The position numbers were made by a program, and so were the translations under genes. A stretch of 64,000 nt of DNA, from the IMG/VR virus record IMGVR_UViG_3300031688_001339. One strand, written 5' to 3'. The notes beneath the pieces are model-generated. The model was not told the origin of the DNA. It did no database searches and saw only the letters and a list, made by a program, of their open reading frames with translations. The number at the start of each line of letters is the position of its first letter. Positions within the stretch are counted from its first letter, which is position 1. Of this stretch, positions 54,382-64,000 are shown one piece after another. Origin of the DNA: a virus.

Positions 54382-56958
54382 ATGGCTAAATTTGATAATA
54401 AAATATCCAATTTAATACCAACTCAATTACCAGATTTTGTAGTTGATGATCACCCTAAATTCGTAGAATTTTTAAAAACATACTATCAATTTATGGAAGC
54501 TGCAGAATTGCAGGTAACTTCAATTCAAACTACAGAGGGAATAACTTTAGAAAATCAAACAGGCACAAAATCTAATTTAACACTAGACGCCGGTTCTCTT
54601 GGTTCAGAAAATACTCAATTAGATATAAATGATAAGATATTACTAGAAGAAAGTACTTTTGGTAAGTTTACATACAATGAAACTATAACAGGACAAAATT
54701 CTAAAGCGACAGCAACAATTTTAGCTGAAGATTTAGATTCAAATAGACTATTCATAACATCACAAGACAAATTTGAAGTGGGAGAAACTATTTTAGGCAA
54801 TTTGTCAAATGCAAGTGCAGTTGTTAATCTTTACAGACCTAATCCTGTTCAAACTATTCAACAATTAACAAATTTTAAGGATCCTGACAAAGTAATCTCT
54901 AATTTCTTAAATAATTTTAGAAATGAGTTTTTTAAAACTATTCCAGAGAACTTAGCTAAAGGAATAGACAAAAGAAACCTAATTAAAAATATTAAATCGT
55001 TATATACTTTAAAAGGCACTCAAAAAGGGCACGAACTGTTTTTTAGAATACTATTTAACGATACATCTGAAACTTTTTACCCTAGAGAGCAGATGTTAAA
55101 AGTATCTGACGGTAATTACGACACAAAAACAGTAATGAGAATAATTGCTAGTCAAGGTGATACATTAAAATTAATAGGAAGAACAATTACAGGTAAAACT
55201 TCTAAAGCAACAGCAATAGTAGAAAATGTATCAAAATTTTATATAGGTAGCAGTGAAGTTTCTGAAATAACTGTAAACAAAGATAGTATCGTAGGTACTT
55301 TTGTTGTAGAAGAAGATATACAAGGTACAGCAACTGATACAGACGATTACTTTATAATTGCAACAGTAACCGGAGTACCAGGAAATAAAACAATTACTAA
55401 TGATGGTAATCTTTATACTACAGAGGATCAAGTTACAGTTTCAGGTGGTGGTCAACAAGCTTCGTTTCAAATCAATAATGTTGGTTCAGGTAAAGTAACT
55501 GAAACAGTTGTAGACACAGGTGGTTCAGGATATGTAATTGGAGATACTTTAAGTTTCAATAATACTAATACAAATGGTGCAGGCGCCACAGCTGTTGTTA
55601 CAATTGTAAATGGTGGTATTACAGGAGATACTACTGAACACATTATACTAGAAGATGAAACATGCTCTGGTGACTATATTTCAGGAGATAAATTTGTACA
55701 AGAAACTAACACAGGCACAGGAGATATTACAGACATTTATTTAATAAGTGGTGGTGACGGATATAAATCTTTACCTACAGTTGTAGTAACATCTACTGCC
55801 GGTACAGGTGCAAAAGTATTATCTTATGGAACAGACATAGGTAAAATTTTAGGAATAGAAACATCAAATTTAGGTATAGAGTATGAAAAATCTCCATCAC
55901 CTACATTATCATTTGTACAAAATTTATTTGTAACAGGTGTTACAGGTTCTTTCACTGCTAATACTATTGTAACCGGTGGTACATCGGGTGCTACGGGTAC
56001 TGTTACTAGTTGGAATACAAATACTAATTTATTAAAACTAAAAACAGTTTCAGGATCTTTTCAACTAAATGAATCATTATCAGCAAGTGGTGGTAGTGCA
56101 ACTTTAAACAGATTAGATATACCAACAACAAGTGTATCAGTTGTTTCTGTGGTAGATACAGATGGTAAATTTATTGATGAAAAAGGATTTGTTTCAGAAA
56201 ATACTATGAAAGTACAAGATAGTTTATACTATCAAGATTTTTCTTATGTATTAAAAGTAGGTAACTCAATTAATTTATGGAGAGACGCATTTAAAAAAAC
56301 AATGCATACTTCAGGTTTTTATTTTACAGGACAAGTTGATATAGAAAACAGATTGAATATGAGAGTTAAAATTGCAGAGGCAATAAACACTGGTGTAATT
56401 GGCGAACCAATAATTTCAATGATGAAATTAATATTTGAAACTGTATTTGGTAGAAGAACAGGAACAGTTGATGATGGTTCAAATTTGTCTGCTCAACCTC
56501 AACAGCCTAATCCAAATAACTCTAGAGACGTAACTTTAACAAGAGCGCCTATAGCTATTAAATTAAATTTAAGATTAAGAAGAAAAGTTGGAACAGGCGT
56601 GACTATAAATCAAGGATTTGCATATTGTGGTCCTAGATTTGCTTCAATAAACAAGTGGGCTAATACAGCATATGGTGTTACAGGTAATAGATCAGGTGGT
56701 ATTAATGGTACAACAGGTATTACTTTTGATAGATTAAATGAATTAAAGGTTACAGGTACTAGATCAAGTTTAGATGGCACAACAGCAATATTTAATATGA
56801 TAAGTGGAAACAACGCAAACGAAGATGATTTTGGTTTCATGTTAAAGACCAACTTCGCTTTTCCAACAGATATTACGTTCCCAGGTGAAGAATCGTTCAG
56901 TGGTAATACTTTGAAATATGATTCAACAAACAAAAAATTTGACAAAACAACTGTATAA
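54382..56958 (+). CDS. Baseplate wedge initiator (gp7-like)
   Basis: QLP.FV...P.F..FL..YY, Y..KGT....LFFR.LF, QDS.YYQDFSY; follows gp6. Confidence 0.75.
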   Translation: MAKFDNKISNLIPTQLPDFVVDDHPKFVEFLKTYYQFMEAAELQVTSIQTTEGITLENQTGTKSNLTLDAGSLGSENTQLDINDKILLEESTFGKFTYNETITGQNSKATATILAEDLDSNRLFITSQDKFEVGETILGNLSNASAVVNLYRPNPVQTIQQLTNFKDPDKVISNFLNNFRNEFFKTIPENLAKGIDKRNLIKNIKSLYTLKGTQKGHELFFRILFNDTSETFYPREQMLKVSDGNYDTKTVMRIIASQGDTLKLIGRTITGKTSKATAIVENVSKFYIGSSEVSEITVNKDSIVGTFVVEEDIQGTATDTDDYFIIATVTGVPGNKTITNDGNLYTTEDQVTVSGGGQQASFQINNVGSGKVTETVVDTGGSGYVIGDTLSFNNTNTNGAGATAVVTIVNGGITGDTTEHIILEDETCSGDYISGDKFVQETNTGTGDITDIYLISGGDGYKSLPTVVVTSTAGTGAKVLSYGTDIGKILGIETSNLGIEYEKSPSPTLSFVQNLFVTGVTGSFTANTIVTGGTSGATGTVTSWNTNTNLLKLKTVSGSFQLNESLSASGGSATLNRLDIPTTSVSVVSVVDTDGKFIDEKGFVSENTMKVQDSLYYQDFSYVLKVGNSINLWRDAFKKTMHTSGFYFTGQVDIENRLNMRVKIAEAINTGVIGEPIISMMKLIFETVFGRRTGTVDDGSNLSAQPQQPNPNNSRDVTLTRAPIAIKLNLRLRRKVGTGVTINQGFAYCGPRFASINKWANTAYGVTGNRSGGINGTTGITFDRLNELKVTGTRSSLDGTTAIFNMISGNNANEDDFGFMLKTNFAFPTDITFPGEESFSGNTLKYDSTNKKFDKTTV

Positions 56959-56973
56959 ATATAACTATAAATA
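56954..56973 (+). promoter_or_regulatory. Tandem T4-type late promoters
   Basis: TATAAATA at 56954 and 56966. Confidence 0.65.
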
Positions 56974-56982
56974 GAGATAGAA

Positions 56983-57909
56983 ATGACAAAACAAACAATA
57001 GCAATAGGTTCAACTCCAAATGACGGCACAGGTTCTACTATCAGAGCTGGTGGTGACTTAATCAACGATAACTTTACCGAAATCTATACTGCTTTCGGAG
57101 ATGGTACTACTTTAAATTCTGGTGTAATTACCGGCAAACAAGAAGGATCAAATTTCGCAAACTCTTTAATGATCGGTCACTCGGTGACAGGTACTTTGAG
57201 TTCAGCACAAGAAAACGTTGCCGTTGGTAAAACATCTTTAAGATCAATTACTTCAGGAGATGATAATACTGCCTTGGGTTTTGCAGCTTTACAATCAGTT
57301 ACTTCTACATCAAAAAGCACAGCCATAGGACACTCAGCAGGTAAAGACGCAACAGGAGAAAAAAATACTGTTATAGGTGCAAATGCAGGTGTTAGAGTAT
57401 CTTCAGGACAACACAATACTTTTGTAGGTTACAATGCAGGTCAAACTGTAGAAACTGGATCAGGTAATGTTATTATAGGAAATGCCGGTGGTAATGCAGC
57501 TGCTTCAACTAGAGCAATGATAATTGCAGGATCAGATGGTTCTACTTTGACGACTTGGTTAGAAGGAGATAGTACAGGCGAGGTTACAGTATTTGGTAAC
57601 CCAACAAAAAATTTAGGTATTGCAACAAAACAATACGTTGACACTCAACTTGCTAGTGAAAATGAGATAAATGAAATGAACGATGTCACTTTAACAAGTG
57701 TTACAAGTGGTGATATTTTACAGTGGAACGGTAGTCAATTTGTCAATATAGCTTTAGGTACAATAGGTACTATGGCTGCTCAAAATTCAAACAATGTTAA
57801 TATTTCTGGTGGTTCTATTACTATGGGATCTCTATCTAATACGTCAAGTGTATTAATAAAAAATTCTAGTGGTACTACATTAAAAACAATTATTGGAACA
57901 ACTTCGTAG
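56983..57909 (+). CDS. gp9/gp10-like baseplate-attached fibre protein with adhesin-type repeats
   Basis: KQ.I.IG..PNDGTG...R......N.NF.EIY N-terminus; N.A.G..A repeats; ATKQYVD. Confidence 0.7.
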   Translation: MTKQTIAIGSTPNDGTGSTIRAGGDLINDNFTEIYTAFGDGTTLNSGVITGKQEGSNFANSLMIGHSVTGTLSSAQENVAVGKTSLRSITSGDDNTALGFAALQSVTSTSKSTAIGHSAGKDATGEKNTVIGANAGVRVSSGQHNTFVGYNAGQTVETGSGNVIIGNAGGNAAASTRAMIIAGSDGSTLTTWLEGDSTGEVTVFGNPTKNLGIATKQYVDTQLASENEINEMNDVTLTSVTSGDILQWNGSQFVNIALGTIGTMAAQNSNNVNISGGSITMGSLSNTSSVLIKNSSGTTLKTIIGTTS

Positions 57910-57917
57910 GAAAGTAT

Positions 57918-57925
57918 TATAAATA
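57918..57925 (+). promoter_or_regulatory. T4-type late promoter
   Basis: TATAAATA before gp8. Confidence 0.7.
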
Positions 57926-57937
57926 GGAGTATCAATT

Positions 57938-59407
57938 ATGCCAGCGATTATAACAACAAAATTCAGAATAAACAACAGTGAACAGTTTCACGAATCTTTT
58001 ACGGAAGCTTCTCCAAATGTTTATTACCTAGGTCTAGCAAGACCACAAGCTTTCGGCACATCTACAAGAGGTGATGGTCGTACAGATTACGAAGGAACAG
58101 ACTCAGCACCAATTATACCAGGTGATACCGTTGTTGCAGAGTTCAATACTTTTGATGATCTATTAGCTGCTAAAAAAATTACAAGTTCAGATATTAGTTT
58201 TGCAGTACCAAGAAGAAATTGGGCAACTGGAACAACATACGATATTTACAGACACGACTATGGAGAATATATTACAGGTAGTACATCTTTAAGAAATACT
58301 GCTAATGGTGGTGCAACAACTTTACATGACGCTAATTTTTACGTACTAACTACAGACAGAAATATTTACAAGTGTATTGACAACGATGGTAACACGGCTT
58401 CTTCAACAGAACCAACTGGTACAAGTTCTAGTGTCATAACAACTGCTGATGGTTACAAATGGAAATATATGTCTACTATGTCAGCGGCTCAACAATCAAA
58501 TTTCTTATCAACAGACTTTATGGGACTTTCAACTAACACAACTGTTAGTTCAGCTGCTGTAGACGGATCAATTGACTGTATAAAAGTTAAAACTGCCGGT
58601 TCAGGTGGTGCAGATGGTTCTCATTCAGTAACAATCAAAGGTGACGGATCAAGTGCAGTTGCTAATGTTATAGTATCAGGTGGTACTATTACTTCGGTAG
58701 TTATGACTAACGTAGGATCAGGTTATACTTTTGGTACAGTTTCAAATGCAGAAATAGTATCTGCTGGGGCAACAAGTTTAGTTGGTGCAGAATTAGACGT
58801 GATTATTTCTCCAAAAGGTGGTCATGGTTTTAATGCAATAGAAGAATTAGGTGGTTTCTTTGTAATGTTAAACGTAAATTTAGAAGGATCAGAATCAGCA
58901 AACTCTGGAGATTTCCACGCTGGTAACGACTTTAGAAAAATTTGTTTAATCAGAGATCCAAAAGCTTCAGGTTCAGCTGCAAGTACTACAACATTAAGAG
59001 GTACTAAAGCAGTAAGACTAGCAGCTAGTCCAACTCCAGGTACTTTTACAGTTGATGAAGAAATAAATCAATCAACTACAGGTGCTGTTGGTAAAGTCGT
59101 AGAATGGGACGCAACAAACAGAATTTTATACTACATTCAATCAAGACACAATGACGCCGGCGTTGACAGTAATGGTAACTTGACAGCTATTTCTAGTACT
59201 CACGTAATCACAGGTCAAACGTCTTCAGCAACAGGAACACCAGACACAGGAGTTTCGGCAACGGTTAACAATGTTGTATTTTCAAGTGGGTATTCTGCTT
59301 CTGAAATAGATCATGACTCTGGCGATGTATTGTACATAGAAAACAGAGCACCTATTCAAAGAGCAACAGACCAAACAGAAAATATTAAACTAGTTATTGA
59401 GTTTTAA
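57938..59407 (+). CDS. gp8: Baseplate wedge subunit gp8
   Basis: AIIT.KFR, RRNW, YKCIDN, DGYKWKYM, P.GGHG....EL, LYIENR.PI.R...Q.E.IK.VIEF. Confidence 0.9.
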   Translation: MPAIITTKFRINNSEQFHESFTEASPNVYYLGLARPQAFGTSTRGDGRTDYEGTDSAPIIPGDTVVAEFNTFDDLLAAKKITSSDISFAVPRRNWATGTTYDIYRHDYGEYITGSTSLRNTANGGATTLHDANFYVLTTDRNIYKCIDNDGNTASSTEPTGTSSSVITTADGYKWKYMSTMSAAQQSNFLSTDFMGLSTNTTVSSAAVDGSIDCIKVKTAGSGGADGSHSVTIKGDGSSAVANVIVSGGTITSVVMTNVGSGYTFGTVSNAEIVSAGATSLVGAELDVIISPKGGHGFNAIEELGGFFVMLNVNLEGSESANSGDFHAGNDFRKICLIRDPKASGSAASTTTLRGTKAVRLAASPTPGTFTVDEEINQSTTGAVGKVVEWDATNRILYYIQSRHNDAGVDSNGNLTAISSTHVITGQTSSATGTPDTGVSATVNNVVFSSGYSASEIDHDSGDVLYIENRAPIQRATDQTENIKLVIEF

Positions 59408-59418
59408 AGGGAGATATT

Positions 59419-62400
59419 ATGCCAAGTCCAACAGACTTCAATCTTTCACCTTACTACGATGACTTTAATGAAACAAAAAAGTTTCATAGAGTTCTTTTTA
59501 GACCAGCATTTGCTGTACAAGGTAGAGAGTTAACACAGTCACAGTCTATTCTACAGAATCAGATTGAGAGACTATCAGACCACGTCTTTGAACAAGGCGC
59601 TATGGTTATACCTGGTGATATTGGCTACGACTTAAACTATTACGCAGTTAAATTAACTTCATTTACAGATTCAGCTTCAGTTGGTATTACTCTATCAAAC
59701 TTTGTAGGGTTAACATTAACAGGTGCTTCTTCAGGTGTTCAGGCAAGAGTTGTACATCAAGTAGCAACAGATGGAACTGACCCTAACACATTATTTGTAA
59801 AATACATAAATTCAGGTACAGACAATACTAAAACTGCCTTTGATGATAGCGAAACAATTTCAGTTGCAACTACAATTGACGGAACAGGCACAACTGTTTC
59901 AGCAGTAGTTACTTCTACAGCAGTTGGTAGTGCAGCTTCAATTAAAGAAGGTGTTTATTACATAAATGGTTTTTATATCAAAGTAAATGACCAAGTTTTA
60001 ATACTAGACAAGTATACAAACACTCCTTCTTACAGAGTAGGTTTAACAGTAACAGAAAGTTTTGTAACACAAAACGATGACGCAACTTTAAATGATAATG
60101 CACAAGGCGTTTCAAATACAAATGCTCCAGGTGCTCACAGATTTAAAATAGATTTAACATTAGCTAAAAAATCTTTAACTGCTACAGATGACGCAAGTTT
60201 CGTAGAGTTATTAAGATTAAAAAAAGGTTTTATACAAAATCAAGTTAGAACAACTGAATATGCTATATTAGAAGATACATTAGCAAGAAGAACGTTTGAT
60301 GAATCAGGCGACTATGCAGTAAGAGACTTTGATTTAGATTTAAGAGAACATTTAATATCAGGTACTAACAGAGGAATATATTCATCAGGAAATGGTGGAT
60401 TAGAAACTAAAATTGCAGCTGGTCTAGCACCAGGTAAAGCATACGTTAGAGGTTTTGAAATAGAAACTATCGGTACTAGTTTTGTTGACGTAAACAAAGC
60501 AAGATCATTTGATACACAAAATAATTCTAATACTAGATTTGATATAGGTAACTTTGTATATGTTAATAATGTATATGGTTCTCCAGATGTTGGATTTGTT
60601 TCAGGTGATGTTGCAGCTTTCAAAAAAGTTGGTTTATACAATAAAGAAACATCAGCAAGAGGAACAGAAAATGCTGGTTCAGGTTCTAGTATAAATTCAA
60701 TAGGTCGTGCTAAGTCTAGAGGATTTGAATATACTTCAGGTTCAGCAACTTCAGGTTTCTTTGCTAGTTCTAGTGCAAACGCTTCAGTTTTCAAACACTA
60801 CTTATTTGACCTTGTTATGTTTACACATATCAACGTTGCAAAAAATCAATCGTTTACTAATGGTGAAAAAATTACAGGTAGTACTTCAGCTGCTACAGGC
60901 ACATACGAAAATATTTCAACAAACAATAGTCACACAATAACAGGTGCAACAGCAGCTAATCCTGTTGTAATAACATCGTCTAACACTTTAAAAGAAGGAC
61001 AACAAGTTACAATTTCTACCGTTGTTGGTATGACAGAATTAAATGGTAATACATATACAGTAAAAAATCCAACTGCTTCAAATTTTGAATTAGATGTAGA
61101 TGGTTCTTCTTTCACTACATATACAAGTGGTGGTATAGCAGATCAATCTGTTGTTGTTTTATCTAGTGTATCAGGAACATTTACACCTGGCGAAACTATA
61201 ACAGGTGCTATTTCATCTAACACTGCCACTATTCAAGCAAATGCTAGAGGTTTCAAAGGTGTTACTTCGTTTGATTTCTCATCTACTAAACAACTTGGTA
61301 TGGCTGGATCTCCAACATACACAGCAGACACTAAATTAGATAGTACATACGGAGAAAGTCTACAAATTACAGGTACAATATCAATTGCAAACAGTAGTAA
61401 TACTGTTACTGGTTTTGGTACTAAATTTAATACAGAATTAAGAGTTAATGACAAATTATCATTTACTACAAATGCAGGTACTACAGTTAATAAAATAGTT
61501 GAAGCAATTATTTCAGATACTAGTTTAGTATTTTCAACTGCTGTTGGTGGTTCAGATGTATCAACTAAATCCAATTCAAACAGAAATAGAGGTAAACTTA
61601 CAGATTCAAATAAGAACGTAAACGTATTTAAGTTACCTTATGAAAATGTTAAGACATTAAAAACAACGGCTAATTCAGGTGCTAGTGATACAAACTTTAA
61701 AGTTAGAAGACACTTCGCAACAACATTAGGATCAAATGGTGACGCAACCATTTCAGCAGGTACAAATGAAACATTTACAAGTCTAACAGAAAACGATTTT
61801 TCAGTCTCAATTATGACAACCGGTTCAGGTGGAACAGGTGCAGTAGGAGACTTTATGAGTTTAACAGGATCAAACCATGAGGGTGATTCAATATTTACAT
61901 TAGGTGGTTCTCCATCAGGTAAATCTTTAACGTTAGATTTTGGTTCTAATTTTGCAGGACATAAAATTAAAATCTTAGCAACAATCAATAGATCAGTTGT
62001 AGAAGAAAAAACAAAATCTTTAGTTACAGGTTATACAAGAAATCAAATTAGTTTAGCAGATATTAATAAACAAGGTGGTATGAGATTAAGTGTAGCTGAC
62101 GTTTACAAATTAAACTCTGTTAAAATGGCAACTGCTTTTGGTACTTACTCATCTTCAGGAGAAGTTGATATTACAGATAGATTTACTTTAGACAATGGTC
62201 AAAGAGATAACTTCTATGATATAGGTAGAGTATTTTTAAAAACAGGTGCAGTAGCACCAACAGGTTCAATTCAAATTAATGTAGATTACTTCTCTCACGG
62301 TTCAGGAGATGTATTTACTGTAGATAGTTATTCAGGTGCTGTTGACTATGCAGATATTCCTTCTCATACTTCCGATACAACAGGAGACATATTTGAGTTA

Positions 62401-64000
62401 AGAGATTGTTTAGACTTTAGACCAAGAGTTGACGATAACTCAACAATCAATAAAGGTGAACAAGACAAGTATTATAATGGTGCTGGCGCTTCAGTTGTAG
62501 ATGTTGCTAAGTTCGGTACTGATATAACTTCAGATTTAGAATATTACTTACCAAGAATAGATAAAATCTTTTTAGACAGAAACGGTAAGTTTAAGGTAGC
62601 AGAGGGCGCTAGTGCTTTAGTTCCTCAAGCACCAAAAGATATTGATAGTGCAATGCACCTTTACACTTTAGATGTGCCAGCATATACTTTATCTACAGAT
62701 GATATAACGATTACTAGAGTTGACAATAAAAGATACACAATGAGAGACATTGGTAGATTAGAGAATAGAATTGAAAATGTAGAATATTATACTCAACTAT
62801 CTTTGTTAGAATCACAAGCACAAAATTTGCAAGTACAAGACGCAGAAGGATTTGATAGATTTAAGAATGGATTTATAGTAGATAATTTCACAGGTCATAG
62901 TATAGGTGATGTAAAGAATTTAGACTACAAGGTTTCTATGGACATGGCAAGAGGTGAGTTAAGACCTATGTTCAATGAGGATGCCGTACAATTGATTGAA
63001 AGCGACAATGACGGTACTACTATTACTGCTTTAGATAGAACTGAAGCTAAGTATGCAAAAACAGGAGATTTAATTACTTTACCTTACACAGAGGCAACTT
63101 TAATTGATCAACCTTTTGCAAGTAAATTTGTTAACGTAAACCCTTTTGACATATTCACATGGTCAGGTAGTATTGCGTTAACACCACCGTCAGACGAATG
63201 GAAAGAAACAGAAAGAGTGCCAGAATTAGTTGTTAATTCAATAGGTGGTTTTGATACTCTAGTACAAAATTTAGGTAATCCAAATTTACAAAGTGTAGAA
63301 ATTGGTACAGTATGGAATGAATGGCAAGATTTCTGGACAGGAACACCAACTGTAACTGGCCGTAGAAGATTAGGAAACGTTAGACGAGGTAGAAGAATTA
63401 ATGCACGTCACGAAATTACTGAAACTGGTAATCAAACATCAACAAGAACAGGTGTTAGATCAACAATAGTACCACAGGTAGTAAGAAATTCAATTGGCGA
63501 CAGAGTTGTTAGTGTTGGTTTTGTTCCTTTTTTAAGAAGTAGAACATTATCATTTAGTGCTACAAGATTAAAACCTTTAACAAGAGTTTACCCTTTCTTT
63601 GATAACATTGATATAGCAACTTATGTTACACCAAATGGTGGTTCATTAGGTGGTAATATAGTTACAGATATTAATGGTGCTTGTTCAGGTACTTTTGCAA
63701 TTCCTGATCCAAAAGTTAATGCTAATCCAAGATGGAGAGCAGGTCAAAGAGTATTCAGATTAACAAGTTCATCAACAAACGTATTAAGTACGGCAGTTGA
63801 AACTTCAGGTGAAGCAGACTATATCGCAAAAGGTATTTTAGAAACAGTACAAGAGACAGTTGTTTCTACAAGAGAACCTTTAGTTGTTAGAGAAAGTACT
63901 GTTGAATCAGTTAGTAGATCAAACGTAACTGCTACACGTATTACAGAAATGACAATTGGTTGGACTGACCCATTAGCACAAACATTTATGATAGATGATG
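59419..64000 (+). CDS. Giant virion structural protein (DUF4815/VrlC-like), 3'-truncated
   Basis: MPSPTDFNLSPYYDDF...VLFRP...Q.RELTQ.QSILQNQ, RTFDESGDY, YTMRDIG.LE.RI, DPLAQTF; no stop before the window end. Confidence 0.85.
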   Translation, partial: MPSPTDFNLSPYYDDFNETKKFHRVLFRPAFAVQGRELTQSQSILQNQIERLSDHVFEQGAMVIPGDIGYDLNYYAVKLTSFTDSASVGITLSNFVGLTLTGASSGVQARVVHQVATDGTDPNTLFVKYINSGTDNTKTAFDDSETISVATTIDGTGTTVSAVVTSTAVGSAASIKEGVYYINGFYIKVNDQVLILDKYTNTPSYRVGLTVTESFVTQNDDATLNDNAQGVSNTNAPGAHRFKIDLTLAKKSLTATDDASFVELLRLKKGFIQNQVRTTEYAILEDTLARRTFDESGDYAVRDFDLDLREHLISGTNRGIYSSGNGGLETKIAAGLAPGKAYVRGFEIETIGTSFVDVNKARSFDTQNNSNTRFDIGNFVYVNNVYGSPDVGFVSGDVAAFKKVGLYNKETSARGTENAGSGSSINSIGRAKSRGFEYTSGSATSGFFASSSANASVFKHYLFDLVMFTHINVAKNQSFTNGEKITGSTSAATGTYENISTNNSHTITGATAANPVVITSSNTLKEGQQVTISTVVGMTELNGNTYTVKNPTASNFELDVDGSSFTTYTSGGIADQSVVVLSSVSGTFTPGETITGAISSNTATIQANARGFKGVTSFDFSSTKQLGMAGSPTYTADTKLDSTYGESLQITGTISIANSSNTVTGFGTKFNTELRVNDKLSFTTNAGTTVNKIVEAIISDTSLVFSTAVGGSDVSTKSNSNRNRGKLTDSNKNVNVFKLPYENVKTLKTTANSGASDTNFKVRRHFATTLGSNGDATISAGTNETFTSLTENDFSVSIMTTGSGGTGAVGDFMSLTGSNHEGDSIFTLGGSPSGKSLTLDFGSNFAGHKIKILATINRSVVEEKTKSLVTGYTRNQISLADINKQGGMRLSVADVYKLNSVKMATAFGTYSSSGEVDITDRFTLDNGQRDNFYDIGRVFLKTGAVAPTGSIQINVDYFSHGSGDVFTVDSYSGAVDYADIPSHTSDTTGDIFELRDCLDFRPRVDDNSTINKGEQDKYYNGAGASVVDVAKFGTDITSDLEYYLPRIDKIFLDRNGKFKVAEGASALVPQAPKDIDSAMHLYTLDVPAYTLSTDDITITRVDNKRYTMRDIGRLENRIENVEYYTQLSLLESQAQNLQVQDAEGFDRFKNGFIVDNFTGHSIGDVKNLDYKVSMDMARGELRPMFNEDAVQLIESDNDGTTITALDRTEAKYAKTGDLITLPYTEATLIDQPFASKFVNVNPFDIFTWSGSIALTPPSDEWKETERVPELVVNSIGGFDTLVQNLGNPNLQSVEIGTVWNEWQDFWTGTPTVTGRRRLGNVRRGRRINARHEITETGNQTSTRTGVRSTIVPQVVRNSIGDRVVSVGFVPFLRSRTLSFSATRLKPLTRVYPFFDNIDIATYVTPNGGSLGGNIVTDINGACSGTFAIPDPKVNANPRWRAGQRVFRLTSSSTNVLSTAVETSGEADYIAKGILETVQETVVSTREPLVVRESTVESVSRSNVTATRITEMTIGWTDPLAQTFMIDD

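Noticed and set aside
56983-64000. Diversity-generating retroelement target or invertible fibre cassette
   Set aside because: No reverse transcriptase, invertase or TR/VR repeat pair is visible in the window.
1-64000. Genome-wide stop-codon reassignment; CtrA boxes
   Set aside because: Core genes are full length under the standard code with TAA, TAG and TGA all used as stops. TTAA-N7-TTAA cannot be distinguished from chance by eye in such AT-rich DNA.

Overview
A 64-kb, AT-rich segment of a large T4-like (myovirus) phage genome. Gene content and regulatory motifs point to a marine alphaproteobacterial host, most plausibly a SAR11/pelagimyophage-type virus; this is inference, as no database search was possible. 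In order, the window holds: the end of a very acidic Trp/Asp-rich protein and a CHASE2-type class III nucleotide cyclase; primase, nrdA/nrdB and a RuvC-like nuclease; a six-gene glycosylation-type cluster; a long run of small early genes behind sigma70-type promoters (lipoproteins, glutaredoxin, RNase H, SprT, GH73 hydrolase, DenV-like, ferredoxin, SufE, lysozyme, QueC-like, exonuclease, gp33, gp59, a beta-lactamase-fold protein); gp32, gp2 and the tail/baseplate block (gp54-like, gp26/gp51, putative tape measure, gp4, gp48, gp53, hub, gp5); an accessory island (2OG oxygenase, IscA, radical SAM, SGNH-like, cytidylyltransferase, SNase); then PAAR, gp25, gp6, gp7-like, gp9-like, gp8 and a giant virion protein running off the end. 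The strongest non-obvious signals are: (1) a classic -1 frameshift cassette (T TTT TTC plus a 7-bp GC hairpin) joining gp26 to gp51 upstream of the probable tape measure gene; (2) alphaproteobacterial LexA boxes beside three early promoters; (3) a probable structured non-coding RNA (H-type pseudoknot, CUUG and GNRA tetraloops) next to a GGCC-enriched, hairpin-rich zone around gene 5; (4) a phage-encoded membrane receptor cyclase. No tRNA, CRISPR array, integrase or transposase was seen.
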